Assembly (NCBI GenBank): GCA_938036315.1
Contig: CALHPK010000006.1
Span: 111,926-175,925 of the forward strand
Direction: 5' to 3'
Origin: an uncultured bacterium
Lineage (GTDB): Bacteria; Calescibacteriota; Calescibacteriia; Calescibacteriales; Calescibacteriaceae
DNA length: 64,000 bases
Translations under genes and position numbers: made by a program
Shown here: positions 10,691-21,067 of the stretch, in pieces
How the letters are laid out: each line of letters opens with the position of its first letter
How positions within the stretch are numbered: the stretch's first letter is position 1
The notes under the pieces: model-generated
Database searches by the model: none
What the model was told of the DNA's origin: nothing
The model's input: the letters and a program-made list of their open reading frames with translations, nothing else

Positions 10691-11704
10691 TTACTCTTTA
10701 TTCTTTTTCTCTTCTTCTAGTTTTGCGATTTCCTCATCTGTCATGCCAAGTCGCAATTTCGCTCGATTTAGTAATTCTTTTATTTCTCGAATGGATCTCC
10801 TACCGAGATTCGGTAAAGATAGTAATTCTTTTTCGCTCTTTTTGATTATCTGATGTACATATATGAGGTTATGGGATTGCAGAACTTCGATTGTTTTTCT
10901 TGGCAGATCAAGTTCTTCGATGCTCCTCTGCAAAAATTCAGCGATATTTGAAACTTTTATATCTTTTTTCATCTCCTCATATTCTCTTCTCTCAAGATAT
11001 CTTTTCAGTGATTCAAAGTAGTCAGTTATGATATCTATTGATTCCTCATATGCTTCCTGGGGGGTGGTTGTTCCATCTGACCATATGTCCAGAACTAATT
11101 CATCGTAATCAGCTCTGTTGCGGTATAGAACTTTTCTGACTTCATAATTGACTTTTACTATGGGGTTGAATATCCCGTCCATTGTGATAACATCCGCTGG
11201 CAGTTCATATATATCTCTTATTTTTTCTGCTGGAACATAACCCCTGCCTCGTGCGATGAACAGCTCGCTTTTGAATTTGTATCCGGGTGCTACTTCTGTT
11301 ATGTATTGCTCAGGATTCGTGATTTCAACCGGACCAGAAATATCGGATGCTTTTACAATATATGGTGAGTTGCTCTTGGTATTATCCACTTTTATTTCCG
11401 CCCTGATAAGATCTTTGCTGCCTTTTATTTTCGCTCTGACTCTCTTCAGATGTAGAATTATCATTGTGACATCATCTCTTACCCCCTCGATTGATGAGAA
11501 TTCGTGTTCTACCCCTTCTATTCTTATTGCTATTATTGCTGCCCCCTCTATTGAGCTAAGGAGAATTCTCCTGAGAGAGTTACCCAAGGTGTGCCCAAAG
11601 CCACGTTCCAGTGGCCCTATGTAAAATCTTTGATACATTTTTCTTGCTGACTCAGGAACTGTTTCATCTATTTTTGTCCCCTCAGGGAATACCATATCCA
11701 TCAT
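10691..11704 (-). CDS. rpoA: RNA polymerase subunit alpha
   Basis: PLERGFGHTLGNSLRRILLSS, GRGYVPA and an alpha-CTD with NLGRRS. GAGGGT SD upstream. Confidence 0.96.
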   Translation of the reverse strand: MMDMVFPEGTKIDETVPESARKMYQRFYIGPLERGFGHTLGNSLRRILLSSIEGAAIIAIRIEGVEHEFSSIEGVRDDVTMIILHLKRVRAKIKGSKDLIRAEIKVDNTKSNSPYIVKASDISGPVEITNPEQYITEVAPGYKFKSELFIARGRGYVPAEKIRDIYELPADVITMDGIFNPIVKVNYEVRKVLYRNRADYDELVLDIWSDGTTTPQEAYEESIDIITDYFESLKRYLERREYEEMKKDIKVSNIAEFLQRSIEELDLPRKTIEVLQSHNLIYVHQIIKKSEKELLSLPNLGRRSIREIKELLNRAKLRLGMTDEEIAKLEEEKKNKE

Positions 11705-12016
11705 ACTTTAACCCTCCTCAGATATAGTTCAACCATTACTTATTTAAGTAATCTTCTGTGTTTTCTTTTTTAGATTTTTCTGAAATATTTTTTGACTTAT
11801 GTTTGAGGAAAAAGTTCCATTTCAAAGGACACAGAAAAGATAATTTTTTCAAAGCTTTTCAGGATTTCCTCATCCTAATCCTAAGCCTGAAGTAAAGTGA
11901 AAAACTAAACATAAACAAACAAATGGGTCACGATGGAATGGTAAGGGGGCATATTAATGAGGTAATCAATTTTTTAATCAAGAAAAAATCTTCTTAGATT
12001 TCTTAAATTAAATTAT

Positions 12017-13720
12017 ATGAAAGTCAAGGATTCTTCAACTATCAGAAGGATATTACGATGGTTATTGTACTTTTCCCTCCTTTTAATTTTGCAGTGCAAA
12101 AAGCCGGATAAGAAGGTGGATGATTTTTCGTGGGGACTTGCTAATAGGGATCCCGCTATCATGGAGGGGATAGGATATATTGAGAAGGAAGATATAAGAA
12201 GAGCAAAGGAGTTCTTTGATGAGCTTGGTCAAAAGAACCCGAACCATTGTGGCTATCTTGTGGGATTCCCACTTGCTCAGATTCAGGATTATCTTGCTAA
12301 AATAAGTTCTATTATAAATTTTGTAGTGGGAGCCTACTCATCTGGTTCACCTTCAGCCCCTAAACATATTTCTGTTGAGCAAGTTGAAAACTGTGATCCA
12401 ACTCTTGATAATATGTTGAGAGAGTTTATTTTTGAAATGCATAATAATACCGGAAAGGGAATTTCACTTTTTGAAAAAGCCATTGCTAATAAGTGTGAGA
12501 TGGAGTTAAATTTCCCACTGAGGTTAAGTGTTGGACCGAACTTTTCTTTATATATAACTATGAATGGAAGGTTTGGAGAAGCAGAACTTCAGATAATGAA
12601 TTTTATTGGGTATTGGATTTTGACACTTTCGGCAGCTATTCTGGCTCATGATTATTCAATAGATACGCTATCTATACTATCAAATATAAAGAACATAGAC
12701 ACTTCGAATATAGTAGGGCTCCTGAGATCTTTGGCATTTATCCTTCCAGGGTGTAGTAGAACCTTAGCTTTCCACTCAAAGGATATGAACTATATTTTTA
12801 AAATTCCAGAATTTGTTGCAAGATCTATATCTGCTGGTAGAGCCTTTCTGAAAGCCCTTGAACAGAGAAGCGGAAGTGATGTTAACTACATTTTCAATTT
12901 TAAGGATAATTCAGGAGAAGGCAAAATAGGATACTTCCCAGAGGATACTACACCAGGGCTTTCCCTTGATGAAGTGACGGTAAATATAGGAGGGAGTACT
13001 TCTGTTGGCAATGTAAAAGCAAATATTAAAGCTCTAAAAATTAAAATTCCTTATATAATAACCACTGGATTTATAGAAGAGGGGGCAAAAGTTGTAGAAA
13101 AATTGGATAGTATAATTCAGAACAAAAAAGTGGGGTGTCCAGAAAATTGTATATCTATTGCTGAACTCAACTTCTTTCTGAGACCTTTGAATACTTCGAA
13201 GTTTGATGATTTTTTAAGACTCGATATTATGAGATATTTCAGCAATCCTAAGCCTCTGAGAGAACTTTTACCATATTGGTTCCAAGACGAGGAAAGGAAA
13301 TGGAAATTTGTTATAGAAGCAGAAGTTCCCCCGTCACGAAAAGATTTGACAAACTATCTTTTCAATTATGATGCACCACATTTTGAGTATCCCAAGGAGA
13401 TAACATTTTACGGAAAGTACTTTACAGGGTTTTCTATCCCGCCTGATTGTGTATCACTTGAGAATGTAAAAGAGGATTGGGTACTTGCACCTTATATTCT
13501 TTTCCAAGATCCCACATTCTCGGGAGTATTTTGGGCTCGTATGAAAAATGTTATTATTGAGCTTTGTAACACTTATGATTACGAGTATGAGGTTGAGGAA
13601 TGGAAACCGACCAATGTTTATATGTTGAATAAAGCTATTGCGATTATAACTCAGAAAGCTGGTTCAATCATATCTCCTCTTACCGATCTTATCATTCAAT
13701 CAGTAGAAGTGATTGAGTAG
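12017..13720 (+). CDS. hypothetical lipoprotein
   Basis: 567-aa ORF with basic N-terminus, hydrophobic stretch and Cys (LLILQC). No family recognised. Confidence 0.7.
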   Translation: MKVKDSSTIRRILRWLLYFSLLLILQCKKPDKKVDDFSWGLANRDPAIMEGIGYIEKEDIRRAKEFFDELGQKNPNHCGYLVGFPLAQIQDYLAKISSIINFVVGAYSSGSPSAPKHISVEQVENCDPTLDNMLREFIFEMHNNTGKGISLFEKAIANKCEMELNFPLRLSVGPNFSLYITMNGRFGEAELQIMNFIGYWILTLSAAILAHDYSIDTLSILSNIKNIDTSNIVGLLRSLAFILPGCSRTLAFHSKDMNYIFKIPEFVARSISAGRAFLKALEQRSGSDVNYIFNFKDNSGEGKIGYFPEDTTPGLSLDEVTVNIGGSTSVGNVKANIKALKIKIPYIITTGFIEEGAKVVEKLDSIIQNKKVGCPENCISIAELNFFLRPLNTSKFDDFLRLDIMRYFSNPKPLRELLPYWFQDEERKWKFVIEAEVPPSRKDLTNYLFNYDAPHFEYPKEITFYGKYFTGFSIPPDCVSLENVKEDWVLAPYILFQDPTFSGVFWARMKNVIIELCNTYDYEYEVEEWKPTNVYMLNKAIAIITQKAGSIISPLTDLIIQSVEVIE

Positions 13721-13788
13721 TGCTAATTGAGAGTTAAATTTAGGTTGAATTTGGGTTGAGTATCCAGTTTAGATTGGAGTCCAAATTT

Positions 13789-14367
13789 TTATTGGTTAAA
13801 TTTTTCTGATGTGATTATCTCAATAGCGAGAGGAGTTATTTTTTCTCCTTTAGTGATTGCGATTCCGCAGTCTATTGGAAATCCTTTTTCCTTAAGTATG
13901 ACTTCTACTGACTTTTCTCTGTCAACTTCAATAAGAAATGCAAAGTAATCAGGATGTATTGGTAACTCTCTTCCGATTCTGTTTACTAAAGTAAGTAGCT
14001 TGACACACTCGGGTCTTCCAAAATCGAAAATCTCGCATAGGGCTGATCTTATAGTCCTTCCAGTATATATTACATCATCTATGAGGAATACTGTAAGATC
14101 GTCTGTTGAGAAATTTATTTCGGTTCCCTTCACTATTGGGTAAGGATTATGTGATAGATCATCTCTCCAGAATGTTATGTCAAGTGAGCCCAAAAGAATG
14201 TTCTTTGATGTATCTTTCACAACTTCGGTAAATATCCTTTTTGCAAGGAGAAACCCGCCGGTTTTTATACCTATTATGCCGACTTGCTTCCCTGGGTGGT
14301 TCTCAATTATTTCTGATGCTTTCTTTATGAACTTTTCTACTATATCTGCTTTGAAAAGAAGCTCCAT
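13789..14367 (-). CDS. pyrR: pyrimidine operon regulator / uracil phosphoribosyltransferase PyrR
   Basis: GIKTGG, LDITFWRDD, DDVIYTGRT and RELPI motifs. Confidence 0.93.
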   Translation of the reverse strand: MELLFKADIVEKFIKKASEIIENHPGKQVGIIGIKTGGFLLAKRIFTEVVKDTSKNILLGSLDITFWRDDLSHNPYPIVKGTEINFSTDDLTVFLIDDVIYTGRTIRSALCEIFDFGRPECVKLLTLVNRIGRELPIHPDYFAFLIEVDREKSVEVILKEKGFPIDCGIAITKGEKITPLAIEIITSEKFNQ

Positions 14368-14492
14368 TTACAAATAATATTTTGTGTACGGGGGAAAAAA
14401 GTAAAATATAGAAAACTTGAGGGGGGTAGGGGGATGTGCCCAAAGGATGTTGTTTTTACAAAAATTTTGTTACCTTTATTATAATAGGAAAT

Positions 14493-14795
14493 ATGGCAAA
14501 GAAGAAAAAAATGGGAGGTAGTAAAGGAAAGGCTAAGGAGGCAAAATCTAGTAGGAAGGCACCTCAATCCTTCTTCAAAGAGTTTGAGTTAAGTAGCGAG
14601 CTATCAGAAATAGTCGGGAAGACAAAAGCGACTATGCAGGAGGTGATCAAAAATGTCTGGAAATACATAAAAGATAAAGGGTTGCAAGTCAAAAGGGAGA
14701 TTAATGCTGATGAGAAGCTCAAAAAACTGTTCGGTAAAGACAAAATTACTATGTTCGAATTACCTAAAATCATAAAGCAGAATCTCAAAAAATAA
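14493..14795 (+). CDS. stand-alone SWIB/MDM2 domain protein with Lys-rich N-terminus
   Basis: LSSELSEIVG...VWKYIK..GLQ...INADEKLKKLF...MFEL SWIB signature. ATG at 14493 preferred over the GTG at 14436. Confidence 0.85.
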   Translation: MAKKKKMGGSKGKAKEAKSSRKAPQSFFKEFELSSELSEIVGKTKATMQEVIKNVWKYIKDKGLQVKREINADEKLKKLFGKDKITMFELPKIIKQNLKK

Positions 14796-14802
14796 AAACC
14801 GT

Positions 14803-15162
14803 ATGGAAAAAATATTCTTAGTAAGTATATATTTTCTGATTTCATTGGTTATTGCTGTTGGATTGATCTTTATACACTATATCTTATCTGAAAAGGCAAA
14901 GCAGAATTTTCCAGATAAATTTTTACCTTTTGAAAGTGGAATGACTCCACTGCAAGATGTAAGAGGTAGATTCCCTGTTAAATTCTATGTTTTTGCTCTT
15001 GCATTTTTGATATTCGATATAGAGATCGCTTTGCTACTGCCATATATACCGGTTGTAAGAGAACTCGGATTAATTGGACTTGTTGAAGTGTTTATTTTCT
15101 TCGGCGTGCTTCTGCTTGCATACATATATGTAAGAGAAATAGCTCTCAAAGAGAGAATATAG
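14803..15162 (+). CDS. nuoA: NADH-quinone oxidoreductase subunit A
   Basis: PFESG loop, FLIFDIE motif and three TM segments. Confidence 0.92.
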   Translation: MEKIFLVSIYFLISLVIAVGLIFIHYILSEKAKQNFPDKFLPFESGMTPLQDVRGRFPVKFYVFALAFLIFDIEIALLLPYIPVVRELGLIGLVEVFIFFGVLLLAYIYVREIALKERI

Positions 15163-15259
15163 TGATAAAATCAAAGCTTAAAGCAAGCAAAAAAAGATGT
15201 AGTGATAAATAGGGCAGAGGCAATACAGTTAGTGATAAACAGTACAGAGGCAATACAGT
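15160..15259. repeat. 30-bp tandem duplication (27/30) plus an extra TAGTGATAAA copy
   Basis: TAGTGATAAATAGGGCAGAGGCAATACAGT at 15200 and TAGTGATAAACAGTACAGAGGCAATACAGT at 15230. TAGTGATAAA also at 15160, where it contains the nuoA stop. Confidence 0.85.
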
Positions 15260-15372
15260 AGGTAAGTAGTGACACAGATATTGTGCTTATTCTCTTTCAG
15301 TAATTGTTAACTCTTACTATCTTTTCAGTAAAAATCACTTTGGTGTAGTAAGAAGGAATAGTTTTAATCAAG

Positions 15373-17532
15373 ATGGAGGATTTCTACGCTGAGGATGTAA
15401 AAAATTTCAATGGTGACGTTGTTGAAAAGTTAGATGGCATATTTGACAAGATAAAAGCAGTCCTTAATCTTGATGTAAGATATGTAAAGGGGGTAGGACC
15501 TAACCGTGCTCAGTATCTTTATAAAAAAGGGATTTTTACAGTTGAGTCCGCACTGTTTACGATTCCAAGAGCATACGAAAATAGGGGGAATATAAAAAAG
15601 ATTGCAGAACTCAGATACGGAGAAAAAGCCTTAGTTTTAGGGAAAATCATATCCAAAAAGGAGATACCAGTTTCATCCGGTAGAGTGATTCACAAATTAA
15701 TTGTTGCTGATGATACCGGGGTTGTAGAATGTGTGTGGTTCCAAAAGCTGGCATATCTTGATACATTCCATGAAGATGATGAGGTTGCAATCTTTGGAGA
15801 GGTAGGTTTTTTCAGAGTTACACCACAAATATCTCATCCCAAAATAGCTAAAAAGTCTGATATATCGAAGTTGAAAGTGGGAAAGATAGTGCCGGTGTAT
15901 TCTATCTCAGACAGATTTGAGTCATCTGTTGTGTCCCAGTCAATAAGGAAGATATTGGAGTTTTCACAAAGATATATTTTCAGTTTTGTAGCTCCGTCTG
16001 TAGAAAGGAAATTTGGTCTGATGCCTTTGTATGAAGCTTTACTGAAAATTCACATACCAGAAAAGTATGTCAAAGATGCCCAGGAGATAGAGATTGCTAA
16101 AAAGCGTATTGTTTTTGAGGAGGTGTACAGAACTCAGCTATCACTTCTGATGAAACGAAAATTGGTAAAAGATAAAAGGGCTCCAGAAATTTTCGTAAGC
16201 GATTCTCTTTTGAGTTTAGCATTGTCCAGTTTACCTTTCAGGCTCACAGGTGCACAAATTAAAGCTATAGAAACAATAAGAAAAGATCTGGAAGGAACAA
16301 AACCTATGTACAGGCTTTTGCAGGGAGATGTAGGTTCTGGTAAGACAGTAGTTGCGTTTTTGGCATCACTTATGGTATCTGCAGGTGGATACCAAGTTGC
16401 AGTTATGTCTCCCACCGAGATTCTAGCAAACCAGCTTTACAAAAATTTTCTGAATTTTGGAGAAAAGCTCGGTTTAAAGATTGCTCTATTGACAGGTAGC
16501 AGTAAAAAGTCCGAAAGAGCAGATATATACAAAAGTCTTAGGGATGGGAGGCTGAATATCATTGTAGGAACTCATGCACTCATTTATGATGATGAGGTGA
16601 AATTTAAGAATCTCGGCCTTATAGTAATAGATGAACAGCATAGATTTGGTGTCCTCCAGAGGTTATCAATAATTGAAAAAGGAAATGAATTCTCTCCACA
16701 CATTTTGGTAATGACTGCTACTCCTATACCAAGAACAGTGGCTCTGACAGTCTGGGGAGATTTAGATATAACCATATTAGATGAGTTCCCCCCAGGTAAG
16801 AGACCGGTTCCAACAGTGGTATATTATGAGAATCAAAGGTATATGGTTGAGCAGGAGATAGAAAGAGAACTCAGAGAGGGTGGGAAAGTGTTTGTTGTGT
16901 ATCCGCTCCTGAAGGATTCGGAAAAGATAGATATTCCATCAGCAGAGAGAATGTACTCTGTTTTTGTAGAGAAGTTTGGGAGTTGGGGTGTTGAACTTAT
17001 TCATGGGAGGATGCCGGGGCAGAAAAAGGCCGAAATAATTTCTGCATTTGTAGAGGGTAGGGTAAGGCTATTGGTTTCGACTACTGTGATTGAGGTTGGT
17101 ATTGATGTCCCAGATGCCACTTTAATTATTATAGAGCATGCAGAAAGGTTCGGACTTGCACAGCTTCATCAGCTCAGGGGGCGAGTTGGACGAAAGGATC
17201 GGCCTGGCAGATGCATCCTTGTAATTCCTGAAAATCTATCCGAGCAATCTCGGGAGAGAGTAAAAATAATGGAAAGGGAAACAGATGGTTTTAAAATAGC
17301 TGAACTCGATTTAGATATAAGGGGACCAGGTGACATTTTAGGGGTGAGACAACATGGTTTCTCCGAGCTGAAAACAGAAATGCTAAAAGACACAAAACTC
17401 ATTTCTTTTGCTAGAGAAGTAGCAAAGGATTTTATATTCTCAGGCACTGTCCCCGAAAATGAAAGAAGAGTTATCTTTACAGCTTTTCAAAAGCTCCTTG
17501 GAGATAAAGCCAATTTTGTCATGTCTGGTTAG
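15373..17532 (+). CDS. recG: ATP-dependent DNA helicase RecG
   Basis: GDVGSGKT, DEQHRFG, MTATPIPR, QLHQLRGRVGR and an N-terminal wedge domain. Confidence 0.96.
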   Translation: MEDFYAEDVKNFNGDVVEKLDGIFDKIKAVLNLDVRYVKGVGPNRAQYLYKKGIFTVESALFTIPRAYENRGNIKKIAELRYGEKALVLGKIISKKEIPVSSGRVIHKLIVADDTGVVECVWFQKLAYLDTFHEDDEVAIFGEVGFFRVTPQISHPKIAKKSDISKLKVGKIVPVYSISDRFESSVVSQSIRKILEFSQRYIFSFVAPSVERKFGLMPLYEALLKIHIPEKYVKDAQEIEIAKKRIVFEEVYRTQLSLLMKRKLVKDKRAPEIFVSDSLLSLALSSLPFRLTGAQIKAIETIRKDLEGTKPMYRLLQGDVGSGKTVVAFLASLMVSAGGYQVAVMSPTEILANQLYKNFLNFGEKLGLKIALLTGSSKKSERADIYKSLRDGRLNIIVGTHALIYDDEVKFKNLGLIVIDEQHRFGVLQRLSIIEKGNEFSPHILVMTATPIPRTVALTVWGDLDITILDEFPPGKRPVPTVVYYENQRYMVEQEIERELREGGKVFVVYPLLKDSEKIDIPSAERMYSVFVEKFGSWGVELIHGRMPGQKKAEIISAFVEGRVRLLVSTTVIEVGIDVPDATLIIIEHAERFGLAQLHQLRGRVGRKDRPGRCILVIPENLSEQSRERVKIMERETDGFKIAELDLDIRGPGDILGVRQHGFSELKTEMLKDTKLISFAREVAKDFIFSGTVPENERRVIFTAFQKLLGDKANFVMSG

Positions 17533-17605
17533 ATCAGTATAGTGAACAACTAAAAATTTCTGAAAATGTTGTGTATGCTTTTATAATTCAGAACCTTTTA
17601 TTGGT

Positions 17606-18652
17606 ATGGATTTTTCTTTGAATGAGCAACAAGAGATGATGGTAAAAACCTCGGAGGATTTTGCATCAAAGGAGATAAGGCCGAAGATAAGAGAAATTGA
17701 AAAGCTTGGTGTGAAGGAATTACGTGAGAAGGTGTATGATTTAGGACTTTTTGGTGTGGAGTTTCCAGAAGATTGTGGTGGAGCTGGATTGGGAACTATT
17801 GAGAGAGGCTTGATTCTTGAAAAATTTGCTGAAAAGGGAGACGGTGGAGCAACCTATTCTATATTCTATCCACTCCTTTCAATATATATATCCTATGAGC
17901 TGGTTGAAGATAAAAAACTTACTTCTGAGCTCATCCAAGGCGCAAAGAAAATTGCTCTTGCAAAGTGTGGTTTGTATCCAGATGTGATCAAGAGTGTGGG
18001 AAAAGATTCCCGACTGGTCATAGAAGATAAATATTCAAAATTTGTATTTTTCTTCGCTCAAGACGGTGATGACTATTCTCTTTATATAACTGATAACTTT
18101 GAAATTGTTCGAGAATTATTCAGATCAGGACTTCTTTCTTCTCCCGCAAATGAAATTGTTGTGAAAAGCTCTGAAAAACTAGTAGAAAACGTTACTAGAC
18201 ATAAAAATTGGATAAATTTCCTCGCCAGAGTTAAGATTTTTCTTTCTGCAATATGTGTGGGGATCTGCAAGGGAGTTTCAGATTACGCACTTGAATACGC
18301 TCTGGACAGAGTGGCATTTGAAAGACCAATAGCCTATCACCAAGCTATATCTTTTATGCTTGCTGACATGGATACATTGTCGCAGTCACTTGAAGTCCTG
18401 CTTTACAAAGCTGCCTATAGCTTTGATAAAAAGAAGGAAAATTATGAAGATACTGTAACTGAGCTTTTTATCGAGACTTCCGAGACAGGTAGGAAGATTG
18501 TAGCAGATGCAGTCCAAATTTTGGGTGGACATGGGTATATAAAGGATCATCCCACTGAGAAGTGGATGAGAGATTTTGTCGAAATCATAAATGCATTTGG
18601 TAGCCCAATTTATTATGAAGGCACAATAAAGAACCTTGAGAGCTGGATATGA
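17606..18652 (+). CDS. acyl-CoA dehydrogenase family protein (divergent)
   Basis: MDFSLNEQQ start, PEDCGGAG, RVAFERPI..HQAI and AVQILGGHGY. The middle domain is degenerate. Confidence 0.8.
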   Translation: MDFSLNEQQEMMVKTSEDFASKEIRPKIREIEKLGVKELREKVYDLGLFGVEFPEDCGGAGLGTIERGLILEKFAEKGDGGATYSIFYPLLSIYISYELVEDKKLTSELIQGAKKIALAKCGLYPDVIKSVGKDSRLVIEDKYSKFVFFFAQDGDDYSLYITDNFEIVRELFRSGLLSSPANEIVVKSSEKLVENVTRHKNWINFLARVKIFLSAICVGICKGVSDYALEYALDRVAFERPIAYHQAISFMLADMDTLSQSLEVLLYKAAYSFDKKKENYEDTVTELFIETSETGRKIVADAVQILGGHGYIKDHPTEKWMRDFVEIINAFGSPIYYEGTIKNLESWI

Positions 18653-18655
18653 CTT

Positions 18656-19399
18656 TTAAGTCGTCACTTTCTCTATAACAATAGAGAAGATAGAGAATAG
18701 TCCTTCAAGGGAAACAGAGGAAGGAAATTTTATCTCCCCTTCTTTCTCAAAATCTATTCTCAGCGATGAGAATATTGGTTTTGCCTCATCAGTCTTTGGT
18801 AAAACTTCGATTTTGTTCTCCGAAGAGTTGATTTCAAAAGGTAGATCAATATCATCCTGCTGGAGATCTATTATATTTTCGCGATTTTCAGCTCCCATAA
18901 AATCAAGAATAAGAGACACTGGATCCTTTTCCATTTCAAAGTCCTCTGATTTCTCATATTTCCTTCCATCTGTTTTTTCTTCAATGAATAATGTTTTTTC
19001 TGTTAGATATCCCTCTTGTTTATCGTAAAATACGTATGCGGAGTAGGACATCTGTTTATGCTTAGATAAAAGCTGAAGTACAAGGGAAGGGAAAAAAGAG
19101 ATTTTGAAAAAATATTTTCTATTCTCTACCTTTGATGATGAAATATTGATATTCCCAATGTGAATTTTTCCTAAGGACAGAATAGACATTAGGAAATCTG
19201 GGATGTGTAAAGCCTCCTTGAGAATATTTGCCTTAGAGATTTTCAGGAACACTGAGAATGTTTTTGATATATTGGATATTGGGATCTCTTTTATCTTGAT
19301 CTTATCCTTGTTTTTGTCGTCAGTTTCTCTTTTGGGTAGAGTATTCTTTTTGGTAATTTTTGCACTTATTTTTCTTTCTTTTTTTCTTTTCCCTTCCAT
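18656..19399 (-). CDS. hypothetical protein
   Basis: 247-aa ORF, last gene of the ccr-crt-HAD run, with host-like composition. No family recognised. Confidence 0.6.
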   Translation of the reverse strand: MEGKRKKERKISAKITKKNTLPKRETDDKNKDKIKIKEIPISNISKTFSVFLKISKANILKEALHIPDFLMSILSLGKIHIGNINISSSKVENRKYFFKISFFPSLVLQLLSKHKQMSYSAYVFYDKQEGYLTEKTLFIEEKTDGRKYEKSEDFEMEKDPVSLILDFMGAENRENIIDLQQDDIDLPFEINSSENKIEVLPKTDEAKPIFSSLRIDFEKEGEIKFPSSVSLEGLFSIFSIVIEKVTT

Positions 19400-19414
19400 C
19401 CTCTAACTTCTATG

Positions 19415-20245
19415 TTATTGAAATAAGTTTAAAATTTCACTGATATTTTTTACTTTCAAATTAGGTTCTTTTTTTTCGTTGTATATGGGCGGTGTGAAAT
19501 GGCTCTTTCTTTCTTCTGATTCGAGGAAGATGGAATAGATTCCCAAAGCTACAGCTCCTGCTATATCTGTTTCTATCTTGTCTCCAATCATAACTGCCTC
19601 TGATGGTTCGACTTGATATTTAGAAAGTAGGTACTGAAAGATTATCGGGGAAGGTTTACCTATTTTTATGTATTCTCCTTTCTTGCCTGCGGTAAAGGAT
19701 ATCATCTCACATATTGGGATATCTCCTATGAATACTCCTTTTCTGCCCATATATTCACCTATATAGTAATTTGTGTATCCGCAGGATATGAGTTCAGCTC
19801 CTTCGAGTACGCATTCTAAAGCGAAGTTTATCTCGGTAAAGTTTATATTTCTTTTTAACCCGATAACTACAAAGTCTACAGGTTTTTGAGATGTGAGGGT
19901 TATATTTTTTTCTTGGGAAAAATCAGCGAGCAATCCGTATTCAGATATCACAAACACTCTGGCTTCTTTTCTTTTTCTTTTTACGTACTCTACGGCAACC
20001 TTTCCAGCGGTGAAAACTTCATCTCTATCGGAGGCGAGTCCAAGCTCGACCAGAGTGTCTGCGACCTTGTTCCATGGTGTTCTAGATATATTTGATAGGA
20101 AAGCGATTTTCTTTCCTTTCTCCCTTAGTTCTTTTATTACATCATTTGCTGATTGATAGACTTTAGGATTTTCGATTGATGGGATTAAAACTCCCTCTAT
20201 ATCAAATATGAAAAGCTTTTTATCTTTAAGACTTTTTTGATTCAT
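19415..20245 (-). CDS. HAD-IIA family hydrolase (NagD-like)
   Basis: FDIEGV motif I, LSN, GKPS and MIGDKIETDI. Confidence 0.88.
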   Translation of the reverse strand: MNQKSLKDKKLFIFDIEGVLIPSIENPKVYQSANDVIKELREKGKKIAFLSNISRTPWNKVADTLVELGLASDRDEVFTAGKVAVEYVKRKRKEARVFVISEYGLLADFSQEKNITLTSQKPVDFVVIGLKRNINFTEINFALECVLEGAELISCGYTNYYIGEYMGRKGVFIGDIPICEMISFTAGKKGEYIKIGKPSPIIFQYLLSKYQVEPSEAVMIGDKIETDIAGAVALGIYSIFLESEERKSHFTPPIYNEKKEPNLKVKNISEILNLFQ

Positions 20246-20246
20246 T

Positions 20247-21047
20247 TCAATTTTTCTTCTTTTTGCTTTTTTCCAGGAAATCTTTCATTTTCGATTTTGC
20301 TTGTTCCGATGATATCAAGGCCGAGCAGAATAGGGCTTCTGTTTTCAGATTATCTTCAAAATCTCCTCCAAGGGATAGATTGCACAGTTCATTTATGTAT
20401 CTTAGGGCTGTGGGATACTTTGACTCAAATTTTTTTAAGAATTTTATTGATGTGCTGATGAGTTCTTCTTGAGTTTCACAAATTTCATCGACGATACCGA
20501 GTCCGTATGCCTCTTCGGCTGAGATATGTTTCCCTTCCATTATAATTCTTTTTGCTTTTTGTGGACCTACCAATCTTGAGAGTCTTTGGGTACCGCCGTA
20601 TCCTGGGATTATTCCGAGGTTTATTTCTGGGAGTCCGAGTTTTGCGCTTTTTGTGGCGATTCTGAAGGTGCAAGATAAGGCTAGTTCAAAACCACCGCCT
20701 AATGCATAGCCGTTTATCGCTGCGATAGTTATGAATTTTGAATTTTCTATCTTTGATAAGATTCTCTGACCTCTTCGCAGATACTCGTATGCCTGATGGA
20801 AGTTTTCAAGATTATAAAGCTCTTGAATGTTAGCTCCTGCAGAAAATGCTTTACCTTCTCCAGTTATGATCACTCCAGAGTATCTCAAATACCATATCTT
20901 TTCTATTACATCTTCTAACTCTGCCAAGAGTTTTGATTCAAGAGCATTTAAAGTTTCTGGAGAATTAAGCGTTATTATGAAAATTCCTTCTTTTTCGTCA
21001 ATTTTTAATTTTTCGTACTGATATTGAGCTGGGCTATTTTGGTTCAT
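20247..21047 (-). CDS. enoyl-CoA hydratase (crotonase family)
   Basis: FSAGAN, GYALGGGFELAL and PEINLGIIPGYGGTQRL; both catalytic Glu present. Confidence 0.92.
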   Translation of the reverse strand: MNQNSPAQYQYEKLKIDEKEGIFIITLNSPETLNALESKLLAELEDVIEKIWYLRYSGVIITGEGKAFSAGANIQELYNLENFHQAYEYLRRGQRILSKIENSKFITIAAINGYALGGGFELALSCTFRIATKSAKLGLPEINLGIIPGYGGTQRLSRLVGPQKAKRIIMEGKHISAEEAYGLGIVDEICETQEELISTSIKFLKKFESKYPTALRYINELCNLSLGGDFEDNLKTEALFCSALISSEQAKSKMKDFLEKSKKKKN

Positions 21048-21067
21048 TTATTTGTAATTTTATTTAT

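Noticed and set aside
15160-15275. Repeats of about 30 bp as a mini CRISPR array (same thought for 37301-37345)
   Set aside because: Units are head-to-tail without unique spacers, copy number is two or three, and no cas genes are present.
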